A stretch of 58,907 bases of DNA from Candidatus Liptonbacteria bacterium. GTDB taxonomy: Bacteria; Patescibacteriota; Minisyncoccia; UBA6257; 2-01-FULL-56-20. Position numbers and translations under genes: made by a program. Positions 18,892 to 28,225 of this stretch are shown here, piece after piece (within the stretch, counting starts at the first letter, position 1; each line of letters opens with the position of its first letter). The notes beneath the pieces are model-generated. The model was given only the letters and a program-made list of their open reading frames with translations. It ran no database searches and was not told the DNA's origin. The stretch covers positions 1-58,907 of the forward strand of contig JACPLI010000003.1 in assembly GCA_016186635.1 (NCBI GenBank). Reading direction: 5' to 3'.

Positions 18892-20106
18892 ATGAAGATC
18901 GCGATAGTGTGCCTTAATCTTGGCTGGCAGACAGGCGGCCCGCGCCTCATCTTCTCTTCCGCGCAGGCCCTGAAGCGGCTTGGCCACACGGTGAAGATTT
19001 ATGCTCCCGATTATGACCCGAACACCTACCCCGAGCTTTCGGCGGGGCTTGATGCGCAAAAAGTGAGCGTGGGGAAAGACGTTTCGTGGAAGTATCACAG
19101 CAGCAACTTGCTTTTCCGCATCATGGAGAAAGTGAAGCGGGAGCGCACCTTGCAGGCGAGCGTGCGAAAAATCGCGCGCGTGATGGACGGCGACTTCGAC
19201 ATGGTGAATGTCCATGACTATGCCTACACGCTCGCCCCGCGCGTGCGGGAGCGGAATCCCCGAGCGACGGTAGTCTGGACCATGAACGACGTTCCCTATA
19301 TGTACATGCCGAAGAAGAACCTCGTCTATGACCTTTTGACGCGTCTCTACAACTGGTGGACTGCCCGCAGGGCGGACACCGCATACCTGCCGCACATTTC
19401 ATACGGGGTGGTGTTCCGCGAGCATAATGCGCAGTGGCTCCGGGCGCACGGCATCACGCCGATACTCCTCTGGCCGGGCATCAACTGCGAAACATTTTAC
19501 GCGCCCGTGCGCGCGCTCACCGCGCCCCAGAAGTCGTGCGTGCTCCTCGGCGTGGGCGCGTTCAACCGTTTTCGGAGATATGACGATATCATTGCGGCGG
19601 CCGCGATGCTTCGCAAGAAAGGATATGACGCGCGAGTGCTTTTGGTGTGCAAAGATATCTGGGACGCAGCGGAGGACAAAAAAGAAATACTCCGGAAAAC
19701 AAAGGAGCTGGGGATGGAGCTATATGTGACATTTCTCTTCGAGGGCGCTTCCGAGCGGGAACTCGCGCGTATCTACCGCGAGAGCGACGTGTTTGTGGCG
19801 TCCACCCACATCCCGCCGCCGCGGAGCGGGTACTCCTGGGGACTCGCGCTTTTTGAAGCCGCCGCGGCGGGCATCCCCATTGTGCTCTCAAATCGCAACG
19901 ACGCGCAGGAGGCGCTCCCGGGAGAAAAGGGCTCGCTCCTCTTTACTCCCTGCGAACCCAAAGAAATTGCAGAGCAGGTGGAGCGGTTCATGACGAACCC
20001 CGCGCTCCGCAATGCGCTCTGCGAGTACGCGCAACGGGTAGTGAAAGAGAAAATGAACTGGGACTATTATGCGCGCGAGTTAATAGCGCAAGCAAAACCG
20101 CGATGA
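18892..20106 (+). CDS. Glycosyltransferase family 4
   Basis: GGPR N-terminal motif; SDVFV...WGLALFEAAAAGIPIV. Confidence 0.85.
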   Translation: MKIAIVCLNLGWQTGGPRLIFSSAQALKRLGHTVKIYAPDYDPNTYPELSAGLDAQKVSVGKDVSWKYHSSNLLFRIMEKVKRERTLQASVRKIARVMDGDFDMVNVHDYAYTLAPRVRERNPRATVVWTMNDVPYMYMPKKNLVYDLLTRLYNWWTARRADTAYLPHISYGVVFREHNAQWLRAHGITPILLWPGINCETFYAPVRALTAPQKSCVLLGVGAFNRFRRYDDIIAAAAMLRKKGYDARVLLVCKDIWDAAEDKKEILRKTKELGMELYVTFLFEGASERELARIYRESDVFVASTHIPPPRSGYSWGLALFEAAAAGIPIVLSNRNDAQEALPGEKGSLLFTPCEPKEIAEQVERFMTNPALRNALCEYAQRVVKEKMNWDYYARELIAQAKPR

Positions 20107-20999
20107 GGGTACTCGTAACCGGCGGGACCGGCTTTATCGGTTCGAATATAGTGAAGGCGCTTCTCGCGCGGGGCGACGAGGTGGTAATGACGGGGAGCGA
20201 TGCCGAAGTCCGCATTCCGGAGTTTCATGGGGTCTACCTCCAGCCGGGACTTATCGGCATGGACTGGGAGCGCGTGGGCACGGTGGACGCGCTTGTGCAT
20301 GAAGCCGCAATCAATGACACCACATCACTTGATGAGCGAGAGATGTTTCGCGCGAACGTGGATGCCTCAAAAGTGCTCTTTGAATATGTGGTGAAGAACG
20401 GCTGCACAAAGATTGTCTACGCCTCTTCCACGGCGGTCTACGGCGATGCGCCCGCGCCGTACCGGGAAGGCGTAACGCCCCTACGCCCCCTGAACCCTTA
20501 CGCGCGGTCAAAAAAAGCGCTTGAGGATGTTGCGGCAGAGCTTCACGCGCAGCACCCCGAGGTGGGGGTCATCGGCTTGCGGTACTGCAATGTCTATGGC
20601 CCCGGCGAAGCGCACAAGGGCAGGCGCGCAAGCATGATTTTCCAGTTGGCCCAGCAGATGAAGGTCGGCAATCCCCGGATTTTTAAACAAGGGGAGCAGA
20701 AGCGCGATTACATCTATGTGGATGATGTCGTCCGCGCGAACCTCCTCTCGCTTGAATCAAGCTGGAGCGGGGTGGTGAATTGCGGCTCGGGGAAAGCGGC
20801 GAGCTTCAATGAAGTGGTGGAGCTTTTGAATGGCGCGCTCCGCACGAATCGCCGCCCCGAGTACATTGAGAATCCCTACGCGAAGCGCTACCAAGTTTAC
20901 ACCGAGTGCGATATGGCGCTCGCAAAAGAGAAAATCGGATTCATCCCTTCGTTTGATGTGGAACGCGGCATTGCGGAGTACTGTAAGAGAGGACTCTAA
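20103..20999 (+). CDS. ADP-L-glycero-D-manno-heptose 6-epimerase-like (HldD/RfaD family)
   Basis: GGTGFIG, AINDTT, YASSTAVYG, PLNPYARSK, NVYGPGEAHKGRRASM, KRDYIYVDDV. Confidence 0.8.
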   Translation: MRVLVTGGTGFIGSNIVKALLARGDEVVMTGSDAEVRIPEFHGVYLQPGLIGMDWERVGTVDALVHEAAINDTTSLDEREMFRANVDASKVLFEYVVKNGCTKIVYASSTAVYGDAPAPYREGVTPLRPLNPYARSKKALEDVAAELHAQHPEVGVIGLRYCNVYGPGEAHKGRRASMIFQLAQQMKVGNPRIFKQGEQKRDYIYVDDVVRANLLSLESSWSGVVNCGSGKAASFNEVVELLNGALRTNRRPEYIENPYAKRYQVYTECDMALAKEKIGFIPSFDVERGIAEYCKRGL

Positions 21000-21490
21000 C
21001 GCCCTCGATGGGTTCTGATTATTTTCTCTATCACCGCGGTCGTGGAGCGCCCCTTGTGATAGGGAGCGAGCACGATTTTCCCTCCATGGCGCCTCATCAC
21101 TGCGGCCTCCGCCATTTTTCCCGCCCGCTGCTCCGCGCCTTTCACGTGCACGTGCGGCTTGATTTTGTTGAGCCATGCATTCGGCGTCCCTCCGCCGAAG
21201 ATGAGCACATAGTCCACTGCCGCGAGCGATGCGAGGAGTTCCGCCCGTTCTCGCGCGGGAAGAATCGGCCTCCGGCGCCCTTTGAGGGCGCGCACGGACG
21301 CATCGGAGTTTACGCCCACAATCAGCACGTCGCCCAAGGACTTTGCGTAGGAAAGATTCCGGGTGTGGCCGACGTGGAGAACATCGAAACAACCGTTCGT
21401 AGTCACGATGGTTTTCCCCGCGCGCTTCGCGGCGCGGACGAGCGTGAGGAGCGCCGCAAGCCCCTTTATTTTGGAACGGGTTTTCGGCAT
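20996..21490 (-). CDS. Heptose-1-phosphate nucleotidyltransferase (RfaE domain II/HldC)
   Basis: TNGCFDVLHVGH, GVNSDASVRALKG..RP, HVKG, GRSTT. Confidence 0.9.
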   Translation of the reverse strand: MPKTRSKIKGLAALLTLVRAAKRAGKTIVTTNGCFDVLHVGHTRNLSYAKSLGDVLIVGVNSDASVRALKGRRRPILPARERAELLASLAAVDYVLIFGGGTPNAWLNKIKPHVHVKGAEQRAGKMAEAAVMRRHGGKIVLAPYHKGRSTTAVIEKIIRTHRGR

Positions 21491-21534
21491 GATTATAGTG
21501 TGAGGATACGTTATACGTTATTAGTTATCAAGGT

Positions 21535-22095
21535 ATGAGTATGAAAAAGCGCGCGGTGTTTCTTGACCGCGACGGGACGCTCGTCAAAGACAGCGGGTAT
21601 TTCCACGACGCGGAACGCGTGGAGTTCCTGCCCGGCGTCATCGAGGGGCTCCGGCGCCTGCAGTCCGCGGGATTTCTGCTTATCGTGGTGTCGAACCAAT
21701 CGGGCGTCGGGCGGGGGTATTTTCCCGAATGCGACACCATTGCGGTGAACGAGAAAATCACCGAGCTTTTGAAGAAGGAGGGCGTCCGCATCGCGAAGTT
21801 TTATTATTGTCCCCATGCTCCCGATGCGGGTTGCGCATGCAGGAAACCAAAGCCGTTGCTCGTTGCCCGCGCCGCAAAGGAGTTCGGCGTAGCTATCACC
21901 AGCTCTTTTTTCATCGGCAACCACGCGACTGACGTGGAGACGGGCCGCGCGGCGGGACTCACCGCCATGTTCCTCGGTTCCGCGGCGGAGGCGGCATCCG
22001 CGGGGGCGGACGCGCATGCGCCGGATATGCGCGCGGCGGCGGAAGAAATCTTGAAGACTGGTTCTAGACGAGGGGGGCGTTTCGCGGTACGATAG
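21535..22095 (+). CDS. gmhB: Heptose-1,7-bisphosphate phosphatase (HAD IIIA)
   Basis: FLDRDGT, SNQSGVGRG, CPH...CACRKP. Confidence 0.85.
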   Translation: MSMKKRAVFLDRDGTLVKDSGYFHDAERVEFLPGVIEGLRRLQSAGFLLIVVSNQSGVGRGYFPECDTIAVNEKITELLKKEGVRIAKFYYCPHAPDAGCACRKPKPLLVARAAKEFGVAITSSFFIGNHATDVETGRAAGLTAMFLGSAAEAASAGADAHAPDMRAAAEEILKTGSRRGGRFAVR

Positions 22096-22802
22096 TGCCG
22101 GTGAAGCGTGAATCTCGCTCGGTGCTTGTCACAGGCGCCTCGTCCGGACTCGGCGCTTTTTTGGCTCGTGCATTTGCGCATGCAGGATATGCGGTGGTGC
22201 TCCATGGGAGGGATGAAGCGCGCCTGCGCGCGCTCCACGGCGAGATTCTGAAGAAGGAAAAAGCGGATTGCCCGATGGTGGCGGGGGACTTGGGCACTCC
22301 GGCGGGAGTACGCGCCGTGCAAGCGGCGCTCGGCGCGCACGGCGTGGGCGTGCTCGTGAACAACGCGGCGGTGAATCCTGAACTCGCGAGCGGCGTTTCC
22401 GCAACCGAAATAGAGGACGTGCGCGCGGTGCTCGATGTGAACACCGCGGCGCCGATTGCGCTTTCCTATGCCGCCCGCGCACACTTCAAAGCTGCGGGAG
22501 GAGGCACCATCGTCAATGTGAACACGGTGGCAGGACTTCGGGGCAGTTCACGAGAGGTAATGTACGCCGTTTCAAAGTTTGGCTTGCGCGGTTTCTCCGA
22601 ATCGGTAAAGGAGGATTGGCTTAAGGAGGGGATAAAAATTATTGACGTATTCTCTGGCGCGCTCGGGACCGGAATGTCGGCACATCGGGCGGACAGAGAA
22701 CAGCTCATCGCTCCGCAGGAGCTTGCGGAATTCCTCGTGGGGCTTTGCGCAACGAAGAGCTTTTTTGTGAAAGAGTTGAATGTGCGAAGAACCGCCGTAT
22801 AA
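22095..22802 (+). CDS. SDR family oxidoreductase
   Basis: TGASSGLG, NNAA, YAVSK; the true start may be GTG 22101. Confidence 0.85.
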   Translation: MPVKRESRSVLVTGASSGLGAFLARAFAHAGYAVVLHGRDEARLRALHGEILKKEKADCPMVAGDLGTPAGVRAVQAALGAHGVGVLVNNAAVNPELASGVSATEIEDVRAVLDVNTAAPIALSYAARAHFKAAGGGTIVNVNTVAGLRGSSREVMYAVSKFGLRGFSESVKEDWLKEGIKIIDVFSGALGTGMSAHRADREQLIAPQELAEFLVGLCATKSFFVKELNVRRTAV

Positions 22803-22813
22803 TACCACAATTA

Positions 22814-23872
22814 ATGTCACCATTTCCTATGAAAGCCGCCGTGCTCGAAACCATCAATGCTCCGCTCACGGTTGCGGACGTGGAGCTTGGAGCGTTGTCT
22901 GTGGGACAGGTGCTCGTGAGGGTGCTCGTGAGCGGCATTTGCGGCGCCCAGCTTCAGGAAATTGCGGGGAATAAAAATAACGCGAAGTTTGTTCCTCATC
23001 TTCTGGGGCACGAAGGATGCGGCATCGTGGAGGAGGCGGGAGTGGGCGTCACCAGGGTGAAGAAAGGCGACAAGGTGGTGATGCACTGGCGGAAGGGAGA
23101 AGGCATCGAATCGGACTTCCCCTCGTATGTATTTAGGGGTAAGCCCATGCGGAGTGGGAAAGTAACGACGTTCAGTGAGTATTCCATTTGTTCCGAAAAT
23201 AGGGTTACTCCCGTGCCGGCAGACGCACCGAATGATTTGTGCGCCCTCTTGGGCTGCGGCTTTTCGACGGCGCTCGGAGTCATCGAGCACGAAGCGCAGG
23301 TGCGGCCCCATGAGAGCGTCATGGTAGTGGGCCTCGGGGGTTTGGGCGCCTGCTGCCTCAAGGCCGCGCGCTTTGCGCGCGCGAATCCGGTGATTGGGGT
23401 GGATATCCATGACCACAAGAAGGAAATGGTGGCGGCGCTTTGCGGGGGGCACTTCGTGAACAGCGCGAAGGAAGATGTTGCGGAGGCGCTTAAGCGCACG
23501 CTTGGCATGCCGGGAGTGGACGTGGTTATCGAGACAACCGGCGTTGCCCAGAGCATTGCGAACGCCATCCCTCTCTTGGGAGAAGGGGGAAGGTGCATTC
23601 TCGTTGGACAGCCGAAGCCCGGAGAAAGCTTGGAACTCAAAATGGCGAATCACCTTTTTGGGAGCGCGGAAGGGAAGACCGTGAAGGCGACCCAGGGCGG
23701 GCGGTTCATGCCGACGAGGGACATTCCCCGTTACGTGAGGATGTATCAGTCGGGGCTGCTCGATATTGAGAACCTCGTGACGCACCGCACCACGCTTCAC
23801 GACATAAACGGCGCCATTGCATTACTCAAGAGCGGAAAGGCAAACCGCATCATGATAGATATGGCAGCGTGA
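22814..23872 (+). CDS. Zinc-dependent (MDR) alcohol dehydrogenase
   Basis: SGICG, LGHEGCG, LLGCG, GLGGLG; alternative start at 22829. Confidence 0.87.
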   Translation: MSPFPMKAAVLETINAPLTVADVELGALSVGQVLVRVLVSGICGAQLQEIAGNKNNAKFVPHLLGHEGCGIVEEAGVGVTRVKKGDKVVMHWRKGEGIESDFPSYVFRGKPMRSGKVTTFSEYSICSENRVTPVPADAPNDLCALLGCGFSTALGVIEHEAQVRPHESVMVVGLGGLGACCLKAARFARANPVIGVDIHDHKKEMVAALCGGHFVNSAKEDVAEALKRTLGMPGVDVVIETTGVAQSIANAIPLLGEGGRCILVGQPKPGESLELKMANHLFGSAEGKTVKATQGGRFMPTRDIPRYVRMYQSGLLDIENLVTHRTTLHDINGAIALLKSGKANRIMIDMAA

Positions 23873-23887
23873 GCGGCCGCGCATCCC

Positions 23888-24667
23888 ATGAATCATCTCA
23901 AAGAAAAAATATTGAGGGCAGCCACTGCGGCGCAGGAGGGCCATATTCCGGCCGCGTACTCCATTTTGGACATCGTATGGGTCCTCTACGACCGGATACT
24001 CGGGGTGACGCCGGAAAATGCGAATGACCCGGACCGGAACCGCTTTATCTTGAGCAAAGGGCATGCGGCAGTGGGCCTCTACGTGGTGCTCGCCGAAAAG
24101 GGCTTCATCAGCTCTGACCTGCTCAAGGACTTCGGCAAGTTTGAGAGTCCCTTGGGCGGGCACCCCGACCGGCTCAAGGTGCCGGGCGTCGAGGCTTCGA
24201 CGGGGTCGTTAGGCCATGGGTTCCCGATGGCGGTGGGGCTCGCCTTGGGGGCAAAAATCAAGAAGAAGCCGAGCAGGGTGTATGTAATTGTCGGCGACGG
24301 CGAGGCGAATGAAGGTACGATATGGGAATCGGCAATGCTTGCGGCGCATCATAAGCTCGACAATCTCTATTGCATTCTGGACCATAATCATTCCGGTGAC
24401 GGCGCGATGGGGCCGGGGAATATGAGAAAGAAATTCGAGTCGTTCGGCTGGCACGCGAGCTCGATTGACGGGCATGACCAGAAGGCAATTCACGCGGCGC
24501 TCACGCAAAGGGTTTTAGGGAAACCCGTCGCCGTGATTGCGGAGACGGTGAAGGGCAAGGGAATCAAGATTATGGAAAACAGCCCCGAGTGGACGCATAA
24601 ATATCCCGCGCCGGAGCAGTTGGAAACGATGGCGCAAGAACTGCGCGCGATAAAAGACCATGCGTAA
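23888..24667 (+). CDS. Transketolase-like N-terminal (TPP-binding) subunit
   Basis: FILSKGHA, GHP, STGSLGHG, GDGEANEG, TVKGKG. Confidence 0.9.
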   Translation: MNHLKEKILRAATAAQEGHIPAAYSILDIVWVLYDRILGVTPENANDPDRNRFILSKGHAAVGLYVVLAEKGFISSDLLKDFGKFESPLGGHPDRLKVPGVEASTGSLGHGFPMAVGLALGAKIKKKPSRVYVIVGDGEANEGTIWESAMLAAHHKLDNLYCILDHNHSGDGAMGPGNMRKKFESFGWHASSIDGHDQKAIHAALTQRVLGKPVAVIAETVKGKGIKIMENSPEWTHKYPAPEQLETMAQELRAIKDHA

Positions 24668-25547
24668 ACAGCTTGCGGCGACAATCGAGGAGCTCATACA
24701 AAAGGACAGCACGTTAGTGCTGCTCTACGGCGACGTGGGCACCTACGGCTTCCGCCGTTCCCAGGCGCAGTTTCCCGAGCGCGTGCATAACGTGGGAATC
24801 CTCGAGCAGTCCATGGTGAGCATGGCGGCGGGACTCTCCATGCAGGGGTTCACCCCTGTGGTGCACACAATTGCGACATTTTTAGTCGAGCGGGCGCTCG
24901 AGCAGATTAAGGATGACTTCGGTTATCAGCGCCTCGGCGGGAATTTTGTGAGCATCGGGGCTTCATATGACCTCGCGTCGTGGGGATGCACGCATGAGTG
25001 CCCCGGAGACGTGGGAATTTTGAAAAATGTTCCGGAAGTGGAAATAGTCGTGCCGGGGAGCGCAGCCGAATTCGACAGTTTGTTTAAGCAGTCATACCGG
25101 AACGGGCACCCGACGTATTTTCGCTTGAGCAACAAGAGCAACCCCGCGAGCCATGAGGTTGAATTCGGAAAAGCAAACGTAATAAGAGTAGGAAAGCGCG
25201 CCACGGTCCTCGCCGCGGGTCCCATGCTCGGGCGGGTGGAAGAAGCGTGTAAGGATTTGGATGTGACAATTTTGTATTACACTACGCTTGCGCCGTTCGA
25301 TAATGAGACCCTGCGGCGCAATCTCGCGGGAGAGAACCTTATCGTGTGCGAGCCCTACTACAGCGGCGCATGCGCCGCGGATATCGCGGTTGCGCTTGGT
25401 TCGCGTCCCGCCGCGGTCAGCTACATTGGCGTCCCGCGGGAGTTCCCGCATCACTACGGCACAATGGATGACATCGACAAGCTGTTCGGCCTTACCGCTT
25501 CCGCTATGAGTGCTACAATCAAAAAGATACTTAGTAACAATGGTTGA
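24660..25547 (+). CDS. Transketolase-like C-terminal subunit
   Basis: NVGILEQSM, RALEQI, GCTH, PTYFRL. Confidence 0.9.
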   Translation: MRKQLAATIEELIQKDSTLVLLYGDVGTYGFRRSQAQFPERVHNVGILEQSMVSMAAGLSMQGFTPVVHTIATFLVERALEQIKDDFGYQRLGGNFVSIGASYDLASWGCTHECPGDVGILKNVPEVEIVVPGSAAEFDSLFKQSYRNGHPTYFRLSNKSNPASHEVEFGKANVIRVGKRATVLAAGPMLGRVEEACKDLDVTILYYTTLAPFDNETLRRNLAGENLIVCEPYYSGACAADIAVALGSRPAAVSYIGVPREFPHHYGTMDDIDKLFGLTASAMSATIKKILSNNG

Positions 25548-26853
25548 TTTTAGGGGGGCAATACAAAAATTTAAGAATGCGAAGGTGGTGGTCATCGGGG
25601 ACATCATGCTTGACCGGTACACTTATGGCGACGTTGAACGCGTGTCGCCGGAGGCGTCCGTCCCCGTGGTGCTCAAGGTGTCGGAAAAATTCACGCTCGG
25701 CGGCGCGGGAAATGTCGCGGACAACTTGGTGGCGCTCGGCGCGGATGTCGAGCTTGCGGGAGTGGTAGGGAAAGATGAGGCGGGGGAGCTTGTTATGAAA
25801 CTGCTTAAGGAGAAAGGCATCGGCGCCGCGGCGGTGGTGATGCTCCCGCACCGCCCCACAATTGAGAAACACCGCATTGTGGCGAGCGGAAACCACCAGC
25901 TTCTGCGGCTTGACCGGGAAAGCAAGGACCCCATGAGTCCCGAGGAAGAAGACCGTGGGTATCGTCTGCTCGAGCCGGCCGTGCGGCGGTGCGATGCCGT
26001 TATTTTTTCGGATTACGGAAAAGGGTTTTTCTCCGAGCGGTTTGCGAGGAAAATCGTCGCGCGTGCGAAGTCCGAACGGAAGCTGATGCTCGCGGATTTC
26101 AACACCGCGAAGCACAAGAAATATTTTATCGGAGTGGACGTGGTCACGCCCAACCTGAAGGAGGCGAGGGAATTCACCGGACTCCATGCGGTTGAGGAAA
26201 TCGGCCCCCAGCTTGTGAGCGACTTTGGCGCGCACGTGGTCCTCACCCGCGGCGGCGAGGGGATGTCGCTCTTCCGCCGCGAGGATGCGTCGCACCATCA
26301 CACACCGGGCAAAAAGGTGAGCGTGTTCGACGTCTCCGGCGCGGGGGACACTTCCATTTCGGTATTGGCGCTTGGAATGGCGGCGGGCGGGCTCGACATT
26401 GCTGATGCCGTGGCGCTTGCGAATGAGGCGAGCGCGCTTGTGGTGCAGAAGCCGGGAACCGCCGCCATTTCCCCCGAAGAATTGGCGTCGGTCGTGCGCG
26501 GAGATAATCACCTGGAGAACGTCGCGAGAGTTCCCAAGGTATGGGGATATGAGCAGTGGCTCGAGAATAACGAGAAATACTGCTGCAAAGTCCTCGCGCT
26601 GAACAAGGGGTACCAATGCAGTCTGCATTATCACAAAAAAAAGGACGAAACATTTTTGGTGACCGCCGGGCATGTGCGCCTGGAGCTTGGGGATGAGGTG
26701 CTCCACCTGCGGCCCGGGACGTTCGTGCGGGTGCCGCCGAACACCCGCCACCGCTTCGCCGGCATTGAGGACTCGGCAATTATCGAAGTGAGCACGCATC
26801 ATGATGAGGCAGACAGCTTCCGCATCGAAGAAAGCCGGAAGATGGACGCGTGA
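25540..26853 (+). CDS. Heptose-7-phosphate kinase (RfaE domain I/HldA, PfkB fold) fused to a C-terminal cupin
   Basis: GDIMLDRY, RVSPEA, GGAGNV, SDYGKG, TPNLKE, DVSGAGDT; then VPKVWGYE, SLHYHKKKDETF. Confidence 0.88.
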   Translation: MVDFRGAIQKFKNAKVVVIGDIMLDRYTYGDVERVSPEASVPVVLKVSEKFTLGGAGNVADNLVALGADVELAGVVGKDEAGELVMKLLKEKGIGAAAVVMLPHRPTIEKHRIVASGNHQLLRLDRESKDPMSPEEEDRGYRLLEPAVRRCDAVIFSDYGKGFFSERFARKIVARAKSERKLMLADFNTAKHKKYFIGVDVVTPNLKEAREFTGLHAVEEIGPQLVSDFGAHVVLTRGGEGMSLFRREDASHHHTPGKKVSVFDVSGAGDTSISVLALGMAAGGLDIADAVALANEASALVVQKPGTAAISPEELASVVRGDNHLENVARVPKVWGYEQWLENNEKYCCKVLALNKGYQCSLHYHKKKDETFLVTAGHVRLELGDEVLHLRPGTFVRVPPNTRHRFAGIEDSAIIEVSTHHDEADSFRIEESRKMDA

Positions 26854-28136
26854 TGCCGGTTCCTGCGATGGACATTTCTAAATTTTACGCGAAGCTCGCG
26901 GTCATCACGACTCGCGCGCTGCTGTTGCGGTTTATGCCGGTGCGCCCCAACCGGGAGGGGTGGGAGGGGCGCATGCTCCTCATCAATTTAGATTTCATCG
27001 GGGACTTGGTGATGTTTACTGCGGTCTTGAAGCATTACCGAAGGGCGTGCCCCGGCAAAACAATTTTTGTGCTTATAAACAGCGCGAGCGGCATGAGCCC
27101 GCTCCTTTTGGAGGGCTTCGCAGACGAGGTACTCACGCTTGACGCTGAGGCGTTCCGAACAAACGCGTGGTACGGATACCGATTCATCGCAAAGCTCCGC
27201 CGCATCGGCTTTGCGACTGTGGCTGAGCACAACCCCGCCATGGAGTTTATCGGGAGAACGATTGCGGTGGAGCTTGGCGCGGAAAGGGTTTTCGGGTATG
27301 AAGGGCTTGCTTTTGACCGAGATGTACCGCCGAGCAGGAATGCCGAATTAGGGACACGGTATTTCGACCGCGTACTTTCTAAGAAATTTACGAAGGTCAT
27401 TCCGAGGATTACCGAGCGTATCTCTCCGCGGTATCTCACGCATATGATTGCGCACCATGCCGCAATCTTTGAAGGCGTAACGGGGAGAGAAGCGCCGGAG
27501 AATCTTGCGCCGGAGCTCCCCCGTCTTCCGAGCGACGAGACTATTCAGGGCATGCTACGCAAGGAGGGGGTGAAACCCTATTCCTATGCGCTTATTGCGT
27601 TGGGTGCGAGTTCCTTTCGCAAAGAATGGCCGCCGGGAAAGTTTGCCGAGCTGGGGAAAGTGCTTGTCGGGAAAGCAATCCCCATCGTGCTTACGGGTGG
27701 TAAACGAGATGTGCCCGGAGCCCGCGCCTTTGCGGAGTTTCTCGGCAGTCCTTGCATTGACCTTGTGGGGAAGACTTCCATTCTTGATGTGGTAAGTTTG
27801 GTCCGGTACTCGCTCATTACGGTGAGCAACGACACCGCCCCCACGCACTTTGCGGTGGCTTTGAAGCGCCCGTCGCTCACCATCATGTATCCCACGCGGC
27901 CCGGGTGGGCGGGTCCCTACGGATACCGCGACATCAACCGGTGGGTAATACGGGAAGACGTGCCGTGTTTCGGCGACAACGGGCAGTGCGGCAATGCGGC
28001 GGGCCCGGGCGTGCTGGCGCCCTGCATAGCGGCCGTGACCGTCGAGGACGCGAAGAAAGAACTGGTACCGCTTCTCGCGCACATCACCTCGGGCGTTCCG
28101 TACCCCGCGACTCCTTTTTTGTTGTTTGCAAAGTAG
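26850..28136 (+). CDS. Glycosyltransferase family 9 (heptosyltransferase-like)
   Basis: FIGDLVM, RKEWP, DLVGKTS, SNDTAPTHFAVAL. Confidence 0.85.
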   Translation: MMPVPAMDISKFYAKLAVITTRALLLRFMPVRPNREGWEGRMLLINLDFIGDLVMFTAVLKHYRRACPGKTIFVLINSASGMSPLLLEGFADEVLTLDAEAFRTNAWYGYRFIAKLRRIGFATVAEHNPAMEFIGRTIAVELGAERVFGYEGLAFDRDVPPSRNAELGTRYFDRVLSKKFTKVIPRITERISPRYLTHMIAHHAAIFEGVTGREAPENLAPELPRLPSDETIQGMLRKEGVKPYSYALIALGASSFRKEWPPGKFAELGKVLVGKAIPIVLTGGKRDVPGARAFAEFLGSPCIDLVGKTSILDVVSLVRYSLITVSNDTAPTHFAVALKRPSLTIMYPTRPGWAGPYGYRDINRWVIREDVPCFGDNGQCGNAAGPGVLAPCIAAVTVEDAKKELVPLLAHITSGVPYPATPFLLFAK

Positions 28137-28151
28137 CGCGGCGGTTTACAT

Positions 28152-28190
28152 CCCGCCGGCGTCTCGGACGTCCGGCGGGGCTTTTTATTT
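28152..28190 (+). terminator. Intrinsic terminator
   Basis: CCCGCCGG-CGTCTCGGACGT-CCGGCGGG followed by CTTTTTATTT. Confidence 0.7.
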
Positions 28191-28225
28191 GCGCCGGAGG
28201 TGTTTTGGCAATAGAATTCATCAAC

